From assembly GCA_041178805.1 (NCBI GenBank), contig JBEGUQ010000001.1, positions 3,664-67,663 of the forward strand: a stretch of 64,000 nt of DNA, written 5' to 3'. The position numbers and the translations under genes were made by a program. Positions 11,601 through 21,142 of this stretch are shown here, piece after piece. Source of the DNA: Actinomycetota bacterium. Lineage in GTDB: Bacteria; Actinomycetota; Actinomycetes; Actinomycetales; Microbacteriaceae. The notes under the pieces were generated by a model. That model was not told the origin of the DNA, made no database searches, and saw only the letters and a program-made list of their open reading frames with translations. How positions within the stretch are numbered: the stretch's first letter is position 1; each line of letters begins with the position of its first letter.

Positions 11601-12209
11601 ATGGCAGACATCTTTGAAGCAATTGCAGATCCAACTAGACGCGTGCTGCTTGAGACGCTTCTAGATTCTCACCTCACCGGTGGTAGCGGGGAGCTAACCG
11701 TCACCGAGCTGGTTGAGCGCACCAAGTTGGGTCAGCCAACCGTATCCAAGCACCTGAAGACTCTTCGTGAGGTTGGCCTTGTGGCTGCCCGTGAAGAAGG
11801 CCAGAAGCGCTTCTACTCGGTGGTTCCAGAACCACTTGAGGAAATCGAAGACTGGATGATCAACTTCCTATCGCTTGGTTTTGAGGCGGAAGCCGAAGAG
11901 GGCGACGAACTTTCACATGCTCTAGGTGATGCTGGCGAGAAGCTGGGCCACTGGCTAACCGAGAAGGCCGGCTGGTTGGGCGAGCAGCTCAAGACCAAGG
12001 TTGACGAGCTTGACATCGATGTTGACGCTAAGGACCTCGGTCACCGCTTAGGTCGCAAGCTAGCCGATGCAAAGGTTGAGGCCGCTAGAAGCGCTAAAGA
12101 CTTTGAGAAGATTGCCCGCGACAAGGTCGATGAGGTAGTTGACGAGGTAAAGGCCGAGGCTAAGCACTTCGCATCCGAGGTTAAGTCAAAGGTAAACCGC
12201 AACAAGTAA
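11601..12209 (+). CDS. ArsR/SmtB family regulator with long charged C-terminal extension
   Basis: FEAIADPTRR...QPTVSKHLKTLREVGLV winged HTH followed by ~100 aa charged helical tail. Confidence 0.85.
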   Translation: MADIFEAIADPTRRVLLETLLDSHLTGGSGELTVTELVERTKLGQPTVSKHLKTLREVGLVAAREEGQKRFYSVVPEPLEEIEDWMINFLSLGFEAEAEEGDELSHALGDAGEKLGHWLTEKAGWLGEQLKTKVDELDIDVDAKDLGHRLGRKLADAKVEAARSAKDFEKIARDKVDEVVDEVKAEAKHFASEVKSKVNRNK

Positions 12210-12310
12210 TCCCGCTTCGATGTTGCTTGAGAGGTTGAGCAGCGCAGGCGTTGGGACTAAACTTGTGAAGTTGTCCAATCGGACAGTAACAAAAGTTTTG
12301 TGAGGTCTTT

Positions 12311-12409
12311 GTGGGTTCAATTATCAAGAAGCGCCGCAAGCGTATGTCTAAGAAGAAGCACCGCAAGCTCCTTCGCAAGACGCGCCACCAGCGTCGCAAT
12401 AAGAAGTAA
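12311..12409 (+). CDS. 30S ribosomal protein bS22 (AURKAIP1/COX24 family), 32 aa
   Basis: GTG start gives MGSIIKKRRKRMSKKKHRKLLRKTRHQRRNKK; GAGG SD; too short for the ORF track. Confidence 0.93.
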   Translation: MGSIIKKRRKRMSKKKHRKLLRKTRHQRRNKK

Positions 12410-12418
12410 ATCTTCTCT

Positions 12419-12446
12419 AAAACCCGCCTTCGGGCGGGTTTTTTAT
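12419..12446. terminator. Intrinsic (likely bidirectional) terminator
   Basis: AAAACCCGCC-TTCG-GGCGGGTTTTTT between convergent genes. Confidence 0.88.
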
Positions 12447-13150
12447 TTTCTGAGGTCGCGTTTTTTGAACTGTTGAATTTCCCACCCAGCAGCTTCGGCA
12501 TAGCGCTTTAGCACTTTGTCTGGGTTCACTGCAACCGCGTGACCAACCAGCGTCAATAGTGGAAGGTCATTTACAGAGTCTGAGTAGGCGAATGAGCGCT
12601 TTAGCGAAATGCCACGCTCTTTGGCTAGTCGCTTTGCAGCCTTGCGCTTGGCCTTGCCGTGAAGTGGTTCACCGACGAGCTCACCAGTAAGCACATCGCC
12701 ATCGTGACCAACAATGGTCCCGAGTGCTCCAGTGGCACCAAGATCATCGGCAATCTTCTGAACTAGATCTACCGGTGCTGCCGAGATAAGCCAGACCTCG
12801 CGACCCTTTGCAAGGTGGTCCTTGAGCGCAACTACCGCCTCAGGCCAAAGTCTCGGCTTGATTTCGGATTCGTAGACGGTGTCAATAAGTTCGCGGAGTT
12901 CCGCGATCGGGTGACCCTTCGTGAGCTGAAGAGCACGGTCTTTGAAGTCCGCCATCTTGGAGTTCTTTTCGCCTCTGCGAATAAACATGACCTGCTCAAA
13001 CATAAAGCGCCAGATATCGCGGCGCTTGATCGCGCCACCCGCGAAGGCAACCTTGCCAAAAAGGATTGAAGTTGAGCCACGAACCAGGGTGTTGTCGACG
13101 TCGAAAAACGCAGCCTCTATCTTGGGCTTTATTTCCTGGGGCTCTAGCAC
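12443..13150 (-). CDS. HAD-IB family hydrolase (SerB-like)
   Basis: FFDVDNTL and AYSDSVNDLPLL...VNPD motifs. Confidence 0.9.
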   Translation of the reverse strand: MLEPQEIKPKIEAAFFDVDNTLVRGSTSILFGKVAFAGGAIKRRDIWRFMFEQVMFIRRGEKNSKMADFKDRALQLTKGHPIAELRELIDTVYESEIKPRLWPEAVVALKDHLAKGREVWLISAAPVDLVQKIADDLGATGALGTIVGHDGDVLTGELVGEPLHGKAKRKAAKRLAKERGISLKRSFAYSDSVNDLPLLTLVGHAVAVNPDKVLKRYAEAAGWEIQQFKKRDLRK

Positions 13151-13193
13151 CGGCTTAGTCTAATCCGCCATTCAGTGGACTTAAGCTTTATGC

Positions 13194-13463
13194 GTGCCAG
13201 AACAAATTCATCTCACCTTGGTTGTGCGCCAGGGTTGCCACCTGTGCGAAGTTGCAGAGAATGACTTGGCCAGGGTTTTGGGCCGATTCAGCGCTGAATA
13301 CCCGGACAGCGGCTTCGGGGTGGAGCTGGTCGAGATCGACTCGAAACCTGAGTTTGAGAAATACACCGACGACATCCCGGTGCTACTGATCAATGGCAAA
13401 CAGGTAGCGTTTTGGAGAATCGACGAAGACCGAGTGTTTGAACAGCTGAGGAAACTGGCATGA
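13194..13463 (+). CDS. Glutaredoxin-like protein (DUF836)
   Basis: GCHLC, IPVLLING, FWRID. Confidence 0.88.
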   Translation: MPEQIHLTLVVRQGCHLCEVAENDLARVLGRFSAEYPDSGFGVELVEIDSKPEFEKYTDDIPVLLINGKQVAFWRIDEDRVFEQLRKLA

Positions 13464-13588
13464 GAAAAGTTGTTTTCTGGATTCTAAAGAACTTCTGGTT
13501 CCCAATCTTGGTCGCGATTCTAGGATCGCTAGCCAAAAAGCACACCTGGGCGGCCAAAGCGCATACTGCTTTGAAAAAAGTCAGCTGA
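13460..13588 (+). CDS. Small 42-aa hydrophobic/basic protein
   Basis: ATGA overlap with the glutaredoxin stop; MRKVVFWILKNFWFPILVAILGSLAKKHTWAAKAHTALKKVS. Confidence 0.6.
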   Translation: MRKVVFWILKNFWFPILVAILGSLAKKHTWAAKAHTALKKVS

Positions 13589-13615
13589 CTCTCTGACTAG
13601 CGTCCAGATCTGAGA

Positions 13616-14926
13616 CTAAGGCTGAAGCCTGTTTGGTCCACGGAACAGGAAGCTAGCCTCACGGATGTTTGGCAGGTCTAGAAGCAACATCACAACGCGA
13701 GTTAGACCCATGCCGAATCCACCGTGGCTTGGAGCTCCGTAGCGGAAGAAGTCAAGGTAGAAGTTCAAGCCCTCAAGCTCAAGACCCTTGTCCAAAACCT
13801 GCTTCTCCAGAACCTCAATGCGGTGCTCGCGCTGAGCACCGGTGGTGATCTCGGTACCCTTCCAGATCAAGTCGTAGCTGTTGGTTAGGTTCTCGTTGTC
13901 CGCGTGACGCATGTGGTAGAAGGGACGAATGTTCTTTGGGTAGTCGGTTAGGAACACGAATTCGTGACCGTAGGTCTCCATCACGTGCTGGTGGATCTGA
14001 CGCTCACCCTCTGGGTCTAGATCGCCATCCATGCGAGGCACCTTGTAGCCGCGAGCTTCAACAATCTTGTGCGCTTCGGCTAGCGGGATGCGTGGGAATG
14101 GCGTGGCAGGAATCTGAATGTCGATGCCGTAAAGCTTCTGAATCTCTTCGCCGTACTTTGCCTTCACTGCGGTGATGGCACGAACTAGGAGCTGCTCCTG
14201 GAACTGCATGATGTCTTCGTGAGACTCAATCCAGCTCATCTCCATGTCAACCGACACAAACTCGGTTGCGTGGCGGGAGGTGAAAGATGGGTCGGCACGG
14301 AATACCGGTCCAATCTCGAAGACCTTGCCCAATCCTGCGCTCATCGCCATCTGCTTGTAGAACTGTGGAGACTGAGCTAGGTAGGCGTGAGTCTCAAAGT
14401 ACTCAAGCTTGAAAAGCTCGGCGTGTGACTCAGAAGGCGAAGCCATCAGCTTCGGGGAGTGAATTTCGATGAAGTCGTTCTCCAACCAAACTTCGCGCCA
14501 GGTCTTCTCGATCTCGGTCTGCACGCGCATCATTAGGTTGATTTCTGGACGACGCATGTCAATAAAGCGCCAGTCCAGTCTCTTGTCGATAGAGGTGTCA
14601 TCGGCAATTGGGCTGTCTGGGTTTGCCAGAGAAACAATCTTCATTCCAGTGAGCAGAATCTCAATGCCGCCAAGCTTTACGCGCTCGTCGTGCTTTAGGT
14701 TTCCGGTGATCTCAACAAAGGAGCCATTCGAAAGGCTTGAGACCTGGTCAGCTAGTGCATCCTCGTCGGCTGGACGAGGGTAGGTGACCTGGACGCTACC
14801 GGACTCATCGCGAATGATGATGAACTGAATACGCTTCTGATCCCTAAGGGTTTCCACCCAACCACCAATGGTTACAGGGCCATCTGCTTGGGCTGCAAGC
14901 GATGCGATGGTGTGGCGATTAAGCAT
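13616..14926 (-). CDS. aspS: Aspartate--tRNA(Asp/Asn) ligase, short archaeal-like non-discriminating type
   Basis: 436 aa with no GAD insertion; LAQSPQFYKQ, FRAD...RHATEF, EITTGAQR, HGGFGMGLTR. Confidence 0.88.
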   Translation of the reverse strand: MLNRHTIASLAAQADGPVTIGGWVETLRDQKRIQFIIIRDESGSVQVTYPRPADEDALADQVSSLSNGSFVEITGNLKHDERVKLGGIEILLTGMKIVSLANPDSPIADDTSIDKRLDWRFIDMRRPEINLMMRVQTEIEKTWREVWLENDFIEIHSPKLMASPSESHAELFKLEYFETHAYLAQSPQFYKQMAMSAGLGKVFEIGPVFRADPSFTSRHATEFVSVDMEMSWIESHEDIMQFQEQLLVRAITAVKAKYGEEIQKLYGIDIQIPATPFPRIPLAEAHKIVEARGYKVPRMDGDLDPEGERQIHQHVMETYGHEFVFLTDYPKNIRPFYHMRHADNENLTNSYDLIWKGTEITTGAQREHRIEVLEKQVLDKGLELEGLNFYLDFFRYGAPSHGGFGMGLTRVVMLLLDLPNIREASFLFRGPNRLQP

Positions 14927-14994
14927 GTGATTACCTCGATGGGGGTAGGCGTCTAGTTACGTATTCACAAGTTTAGCGAAGGTAGACTTAAGCC

Positions 14995-15648
14995 ATGCCT
15001 GCCAACCGTCTTCACTTCGTTCGCCACGGGGAAGTATTCAACCCCAAAGGCGTACTTTATGAGCGAATCCCAGGCTTTCAGCTAAGTGATTTAGGTCACC
15101 AAATGGCAGAAGCTGCCGCCAAGCAGCTGGCCTCTGAAAATCGAGAAATCGTAAAGCTTTTGGCATCACCTTTGCAGCGCACTCAAGAGTCCGCAGCTCC
15201 GGTTTCCAAAGAGTTTGGTCTTGAGATTGAGCATGAGCCCAGAGTCATCGAACCTTGGAACAAATTCGCCGGCCACAAAATGGGTGGCCGCGCGGTTTTG
15301 AAGAAGCCTTCTCTTGCGCTGCATCTTTACAACCCGCAAAAACCAAGCTGGGGCGAGCCCTACCAAGAGATTGCAACTCGCATGACCGATGCAGCACTTT
15401 CGGCTTGGGACAGTGTCGAATCGGGCGATGTTGTCTTGGTCTCACATCAACTTCCCATCTGGATGCTCTACCGTTCCAGCCAAGGATTGGCTCTGCCGCA
15501 CGACCCTAGAAACCGCAGGTGCTCGCTTTCCTCGATCACCTCGTTCGAGGTAGTCGATGGCAAGTTGGTGGAAGTTGGCTACCGCGAACCTGGTTTAGAA
15601 CTTGCAGCAAGGCTTAGTGAATCAGCGAAGGATGGAGGTGCGGTGTGA
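14995..15648 (+). CDS. Histidine phosphatase family protein
   Basis: VRHGE and VSHQLPI motifs; usual first gene of the actinobacterial res operon. Confidence 0.9.
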   Translation: MPANRLHFVRHGEVFNPKGVLYERIPGFQLSDLGHQMAEAAAKQLASENREIVKLLASPLQRTQESAAPVSKEFGLEIEHEPRVIEPWNKFAGHKMGGRAVLKKPSLALHLYNPQKPSWGEPYQEIATRMTDAALSAWDSVESGDVVLVSHQLPIWMLYRSSQGLALPHDPRNRRCSLSSITSFEVVDGKLVEVGYREPGLELAARLSESAKDGGAV

Positions 15649-16250
15649 AGAAAGAGACTCAAAGAGCAGTCGCCATCGCGCTGGTTATCTTTATCGTCGG
15701 TTCTATCGCACTGAGCCTGGCCGGCTGCACCTCAGACCCACTTGCTGACCAGTTTCGCTCCGGGGATTCCAAGAACTACATCGCAGGAGATGGCACCGTA
15801 ACCGAGTTTGACTCGACTCAAAGGCCAACATTTCTGCCTTTCACTGGCGAGACCGAGTCTGGGCAGATGCTTGACTCCAAGGCCCTAGAAGGCAAGGTCG
15901 TAGTCATGAACTGGTGGTACTCAGCGTGTGCCCCTTGCCGGGCAGAAGCTCCTGAATTGCAAGCGCTATACGAAGAGTTCCAGGATCAGGGCGTGCAGTT
16001 TGTTGGCGTTAATGTTCGCGATACTGCCGAAACCGCGTTGGCCTTTGATCGCAAGTTTGACATCAGTTTTCCCTCAATTATTGACGCCCAATCCGGTGCC
16101 GTCTCATTGGCATTTCAGGGAGTTGTAAGCCCACAGGCAGTGCCAACAACTTTGGTAATCGACAAGCAGGGCAAGGTCGCCTCCAGGATTCTGGGTCGAA
16201 TCGATCCATCCATTCTCAAGACTCTGATTGAGACCGTGGTAGCCGAGTGA
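15645..16250 (+). CDS. resA: TlpA/ResA family thiol-disulfide oxidoreductase lipoprotein
   Basis: LAGC lipobox and WYSACAPC CxxC. Confidence 0.85.
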   Translation: MKKETQRAVAIALVIFIVGSIALSLAGCTSDPLADQFRSGDSKNYIAGDGTVTEFDSTQRPTFLPFTGETESGQMLDSKALEGKVVVMNWWYSACAPCRAEAPELQALYEEFQDQGVQFVGVNVRDTAETALAFDRKFDISFPSIIDAQSGAVSLAFQGVVSPQAVPTTLVIDKQGKVASRILGRIDPSILKTLIETVVAE

Positions 16251-16928
16251 ACCCAGCAGATGTAATCCTCAACGGATCACTTTTGGCAGCAATGCCGATT
16301 GCGCTGCTTGCCGGTTTAGTAACTTTCCTATCGCCTTGTGTTTTGCCACTGGTTCCGGGTTACCTCGGTTATGTATCGGGTGCTGCCCAAAGTAAGACCA
16401 AGTTGGTCCTAGGTGCTGTGCTGTTTGTACTTGGGTTCACAGTTGTTTTCGTATCGCTGGGCGTCCTTGCAGGTTCAGCCGGACTTTTGTTTTTTGCAAA
16501 CAGTTTCTGGGTTCAATTTGTGCTTGGTTTACTGGTCGTGGTTTTTGGTCTTGCCATGATCGGGCAATTTGGCTTTCTACAGCGCAGCTTCAAGATCCCA
16601 TTTAGTCCAAAGGTAGGACTTGCTGGAGCTCCGCTGCTGGGCGTAGTTTTCGCCGTCGGCTGGACCCCTTGCATTGGTCCTACGCTTGCTGCCGTTTTGA
16701 CTATTGCTTCAACAACCGGGGATCCAGTTCGCGGTGGCATTCTCGCTCGCGCTTGGTATGCGCTGGGCGGTGTCGAGTGTGGCATTTGTGAAGAAACACC
16801 TGCGGGCATTCAACCTCTTTGGCGGCGGCTTATTGATCTTGATCGGCCTAATGCTGATGACCGGCCTGTGGGGCCAGTTCCTGACTTGGATGCAGGGGGT
16901 GCAAAGTGGCTTCGAACTTATTCTCTAG
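16247..16928 (+). pseudogene. ccdA: Cytochrome c biogenesis protein CcdA, split by a deletion/frameshift near 16745
   Basis: SPCVLPL and GWTPCIGP in the first frame; C-terminal LALGMRW...GGGLLILIG in another frame; the YxLGLGxPF segment is missing. Confidence 0.8.
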
Positions 16929-18405
16929 GTTGATCTTTTGGCCAAGGTGGTTCTGGCGTCAGCTCACCTCGATGCGCACTGCACTTTTTCTACTTTTGCT
17001 TCTGGCTATAGCCGCGGTCCCTGGTTCGGTCTACCCGCAGCGCTCGGCTGACCCCAACGGCGTTCGCATCTTCTTTGACAACAACCCAGACATTGCCGAG
17101 GTGATGGATGACTTCCAGCTCTTCGATGTATACACCTCGGTCTGGTTCTCATCGATCTACATCCTTTTGTTTGTTTCACTTGTTGGCTGCGTTGTTCCAA
17201 GAACCAAGGTGCACTTTGAAGCATTGAAGGCCCAACCAGTCCAGACGCCACAGAACCTAAAGCGCATGCCGGTTCACCAAGAAACCCAAGATCAGCCTGG
17301 TTACCTAGAGGCAGCGCTTGAGGTTCTGAAGTCAAAGCACTACAAGGTTGCAATGCACCAAGAGTCTGTCTCTGCGGAGAAGGGCTACATCAAAGAAACT
17401 GGCAACCTCGTCTTCCACTTCTCGCTGATTGGCGTTCTAATCGCGGTTGGTGTTGGTGGCGGTTTGAGCTTTAGCGGGCAGAGGGTTTTGGTGGTTGGCG
17501 ATAGCTTCGTGAATAACCTGGCAAGTTATGACTCGTTCTCACCGGGTCCGTTTTTTGATGAATCCCAGCTCTCGCCTTTCAGCGTTCGACTTGATGATTT
17601 CCAGGTTCTTTACGACCTGCAAAACCCAAATAACTTAGGTCAACCAATCGACTTCATCGCAAGCGTTACCTCTGAAGGCAAAGTTTCTGAAGTGAGAGTC
17701 AATTACCCGCTAGAAGCCCCAGGGGCGAGCATTTACCTGACCGGTAACGGGTTTGCTCCGGTTCTCACTGTCTTTGACGGCGAGGGGAACGTTGCGTTCT
17801 CCGGACCAAGTGTGTTCTTGCCGCAAGATTCGAATATGACCTCGCTCGGAGTCATCAAGGTCCCAGATGCACTTCCAGAGCAGGTCGGCATCATCGCCTT
17901 TTTCTACCCAACTGCTGAGCAGTTGGAATCCGGTGCATACACTTCGATTTATCCCGACCCAATTGATCCGCTGTTGACCATGAACGTCTACTCCGGTGAC
18001 CTGGGGCTTGATGAAGGAGTTCCTAAGAACGTCTTTGCGCTGGACACAGAGAACCTAGAAGTTGTGGCATCCAGAGACGGTCCAAACGATCCAATCCAGC
18101 TTCGCATCGGCCAAACTGTTGAGCTACCAAACCAATTGGGCAAGGTCAGATTCGATGGACTGTTGCGATTTGCATCTCTGGATGTTGCCTATAACCCAGG
18201 TGGGATTTGGGTATTGCTCTTCGCCCTGCTTGCGCTTTTCTCAATGGGGCTGTCGCTCATGACCCCGCGTCGCCGAATTTGGGTGAGACGTAACCAAGAT
18301 GGGACAATTGAACTTGCTGCTCTGGCTCGCAGCGATGATCCAAGACTTGAAGAAGTGTTGGTCGAAATCCGAAATGCAATTGAATCCAAGGTTGGAAGTA
18401 AATGA
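16906..18405 (+). CDS. resB: Cytochrome c biogenesis protein ResB/Ccs1
   Basis: LTSMRTALFLL, GNLVFHFSL, VRVNYPL. Confidence 0.92.
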   Translation: MASNLFSRLIFWPRWFWRQLTSMRTALFLLLLLAIAAVPGSVYPQRSADPNGVRIFFDNNPDIAEVMDDFQLFDVYTSVWFSSIYILLFVSLVGCVVPRTKVHFEALKAQPVQTPQNLKRMPVHQETQDQPGYLEAALEVLKSKHYKVAMHQESVSAEKGYIKETGNLVFHFSLIGVLIAVGVGGGLSFSGQRVLVVGDSFVNNLASYDSFSPGPFFDESQLSPFSVRLDDFQVLYDLQNPNNLGQPIDFIASVTSEGKVSEVRVNYPLEAPGASIYLTGNGFAPVLTVFDGEGNVAFSGPSVFLPQDSNMTSLGVIKVPDALPEQVGIIAFFYPTAEQLESGAYTSIYPDPIDPLLTMNVYSGDLGLDEGVPKNVFALDTENLEVVASRDGPNDPIQLRIGQTVELPNQLGKVRFDGLLRFASLDVAYNPGGIWVLLFALLALFSMGLSLMTPRRRIWVRRNQDGTIELAALARSDDPRLEEVLVEIRNAIESKVGSK

Positions 18406-19277
18406 CGATTGTTCTAAACGAGCCGCTATCTCAGATTTCGCTGCTGTTTGTCTCGGCAGCGATGGCGTTTATTGCGCTGGCTCTGGTGCTGTTCTCACTT
18501 CAGCTTTCAAGGCTCTTGGGTCAGACCCCAGAGGAGCGCGCCAAGCCATCAAGCCTTGAGCGCATTGGTTTTATCGTTACCGCAGTCGGCACAGTGGTGT
18601 TGGCTATTGGCGTTGTGATGCGAGGCATTGCCGCGGGCCGTGTGCCATGGGCAAACATGTACGAGTTCTCGATCTCGTCTGCGCTATTGATTTTGTTGGT
18701 TTACCTAACCTCGCTAAAGATTAAAGACGTTCGCTTTATTGCAACCTTTGTAACCGGGTTCGTTCTGGTGACTTTGTTTGCTGCGGTTTCGCTGTTCTAT
18801 GTTGAGGTCAAGACCTTGATGCCAGCTCTACAGAGTTACTGGTTGGTAATCCACGTCGTGGTCGCAATCTTGGCAACCTCATTCTTTGCAATTGCTGCAG
18901 GTCTTCACATTGCCTACCTGGTCAAATCCAGTAACTTCGCAAAGCGCTTGATGGAGCTGTTCCCAGCGCTTGAGCAGCTGGAGAGATTGGCATACCGCTT
19001 CAACGTGGTTGGTTTTGTGCTCTGGAGCTTTACCTTGATTGCCGGTGCTATCTGGGCAGAGCGAGCCTGGCACCGATACTGGGGTTGGGACACCAAAGAG
19101 GTCTGGACCTTCATCATCTGGACTCTTTACGCCGGTTACCTACACGCCATGGCAACCAGGGGTTGGAACGGTAAGCGAGCGGCTTGGCTTGGTCTAGTTG
19201 CATTCCTTGCGATCATCTTCAACTTCACGATCGTGAACCAGTTCTTCAAGGGACTGCACGTTTACTCAGGACTCTAA
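18402..19277 (+). CDS. ccsA: Cytochrome c biogenesis protein CcsA/ResC
   Basis: WWD domain GAIWAERAWHRYWGWDTKE and GLHVY. Confidence 0.93.
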   Translation: MTIVLNEPLSQISLLFVSAAMAFIALALVLFSLQLSRLLGQTPEERAKPSSLERIGFIVTAVGTVVLAIGVVMRGIAAGRVPWANMYEFSISSALLILLVYLTSLKIKDVRFIATFVTGFVLVTLFAAVSLFYVEVKTLMPALQSYWLVIHVVVAILATSFFAIAAGLHIAYLVKSSNFAKRLMELFPALEQLERLAYRFNVVGFVLWSFTLIAGAIWAERAWHRYWGWDTKEVWTFIIWTLYAGYLHAMATRGWNGKRAAWLGLVAFLAIIFNFTIVNQFFKGLHVYSGL

Positions 19278-20240
19278 AAGGTCATAGCAGCGCTCAAGCC
19301 TGTCGAGCCACCACTTGGTGCGCTCGGGACTGGCTTGGTATTTCTGCAATAGAGCCGCATCCGGCTGAATCTCGCGCGGGGTGATTCTTCCCCCAACTGG
19401 ACTTAGCGGCTCGAGGGTGATGTCTGACTCCATAAGGCTCAGGGTTCCAAGGCCGCAGTCAAAATCAAGCTCTGGAAGAGCTGCCGCCAAGTATGCGCCT
19501 TGAGAGAGCCCAATGCTGGTCTCAAGGGCTGAGCTGACGACAGCACGCAGCCCGGTTTGCCTTGCTATCTCTAGACTGCGCGCAATGCCACCCAAGGGCT
19601 GAACCTTCAACATCACAACATCCGCGGCTTGTCTTTGAGCAACTTCCATCGGATCACTTGCCTTACGGATCGATTCATCGGCAGCGATGAGTACCTTGAG
19701 ATCAAGGTGTCTGGTGGTGGTTCTAAGTTCTACTAACTCGTCGATGCTGGCGCAGGGCTGTTCAAAATAATCGAGTCGCTCGAGTGGGATTTGTGCCAAA
19801 AGTTCCAGCGCCTGCTCGGGGGAGAAGTTGCCGTTGGCATCGAGTCTGATTCTGACGTTTGGATAACTGGAGGTGACCTTTAGAACCCTTGCTATGTCAT
19901 CGACTAGTGTTTGCCCAGTTTCAGCAATCTTGATCTTTACGGTTGAGAACTCACCAAATTTGCTAAGTACTTCTTCTACCTGATCTGGGCTGACCGCAGG
20001 CAAGGTGGCATTCACACCAACTGACTCTCTGCGAAGTTGTGGCAGGTCCTGGTTTGCAAAGCTCAAAGCCGCAGCCAACCAGTTACTAGCTTCTTGGTCT
20101 GAGTACTCAATAAAGGGGGAGAACTCGGCCCAGCGCTTGGTGCCCTTGAAAATGAGTGCTTCGCGATGGCTTAGGCCGCGGAATTTGGTCAGCATTGGGA
20201 TGCTCACAACGCTGATTTGGGTTATTTTCTCCCCGTACAC
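19266..20240 (-). CDS. menC: o-succinylbenzoate synthase
   Basis: EFSPF, KIK, RLDANG, EQPC, ADESIR, KVQPLGG. Confidence 0.92.
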   Translation of the reverse strand: MYGEKITQISVVSIPMLTKFRGLSHREALIFKGTKRWAEFSPFIEYSDQEASNWLAAALSFANQDLPQLRRESVGVNATLPAVSPDQVEEVLSKFGEFSTVKIKIAETGQTLVDDIARVLKVTSSYPNVRIRLDANGNFSPEQALELLAQIPLERLDYFEQPCASIDELVELRTTTRHLDLKVLIAADESIRKASDPMEVAQRQAADVVMLKVQPLGGIARSLEIARQTGLRAVVSSALETSIGLSQGAYLAAALPELDFDCGLGTLSLMESDITLEPLSPVGGRITPREIQPDAALLQKYQASPERTKWWLDRLERCYDLLES

Positions 20241-20245
20241 CCGAT

Positions 20246-20252
20246 TAGTCTA
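20246..20252. promoter_or_regulatory. Overlapping divergent -10 boxes for leaderless menB and menC
   Basis: TAGTCT on + is 6 nt before the menB ATG; TAGACT on - is 6 nt before the menC GTG. Confidence 0.65.
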
Positions 20253-20257
20253 ATTGC

Positions 20258-21142
20258 ATGGCAAATTCGATTTCCGAGACCTTTGATCAGAACCTTTGGC
20301 ATTCCGTTGCCGGTTTTGAGGAGCTGACCGACGTCAGCTACCACCGTCACAACACCCTTGGGGTGGTTCGAATCGGCTTTTCGCGCCCAGAAGTTAGAAA
20401 TGCTTTTAGACCACAAACCGTAGACGAGCTCTACCAAACCCTTGAGCACGCGAGAGCTTCTAGTGATGTTGGCGTTGTACTCCTGACTGGCAATGGACCT
20501 TCTCCAAAGGATGGTGTCTGGTCGTTTTGCTCCGGTGGCGACCAAAGAGTTCGAGGCGACAGCGGTTATGAGTACGGACCTGGAACTGCCGGTCGATTGC
20601 ACATCCTTGAGGTACAGCGCCTAATTCGTTTTATGCCAAAGGTAGTTATCGCCCTAGTTTCTGGTTGGGCCGCAGGCGGCGGCCACTCGTTGAACGTGGT
20701 TTGCGATCTCTCGATTGCATCCCGTCAGCACGCTCGCTTCAAGCAGACAGATGCCGATGTTGGTTCCTTTGACGCCGGTTACGGCAGCGCTTACCTGGCT
20801 CGACAAACTGGACAAAAGTTTGCACGCGAGATCTTTTTCCTAGGTCGCGAATACGACGCTCAGCGTGCTTATGAGATGGGCGTTGTGAACGCGGTTGCCG
20901 ACCACGACAAGTTGGAGAGCACTGCGCTCGAGTGGGCCGAAGACATTTTGGCTAAGTCCCCAACCGCTATTCGAATGCTGAAGTATGCCTTCAACGCGGT
21001 TGACGACGGCTTGGTTGGACAGCAGCTGTTTGCAGGCGAAGCAACTCGCTTGGCCTACGGCACCAAAGAGGCTGCCGAGGGTAAGAACGCATTCTTGGAA
21101 AAGCGAAAGCCAGACTGGTCTGACACCCCCTGGCACTTCTAA
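20258..21142 (+). CDS. menB: 1,4-dihydroxy-2-naphthoyl-CoA synthase
   Basis: RNAFRP, FCSGGDQ, GWAAGGG, VGSFDAGYG. Confidence 0.96.
   Translation: MANSISETFDQNLWHSVAGFEELTDVSYHRHNTLGVVRIGFSRPEVRNAFRPQTVDELYQTLEHARASSDVGVVLLTGNGPSPKDGVWSFCSGGDQRVRGDSGYEYGPGTAGRLHILEVQRLIRFMPKVVIALVSGWAAGGGHSLNVVCDLSIASRQHARFKQTDADVGSFDAGYGSAYLARQTGQKFAREIFFLGREYDAQRAYEMGVVNAVADHDKLESTALEWAEDILAKSPTAIRMLKYAFNAVDDGLVGQQLFAGEATRLAYGTKEAAEGKNAFLEKRKPDWSDTPWHF

Noticed and set aside
16750-16933. C-terminal tail of the 228-aa ORF containing VECGIC as a novel domain
   Set aside because: Out-of-frame read-through after the ccdA deletion
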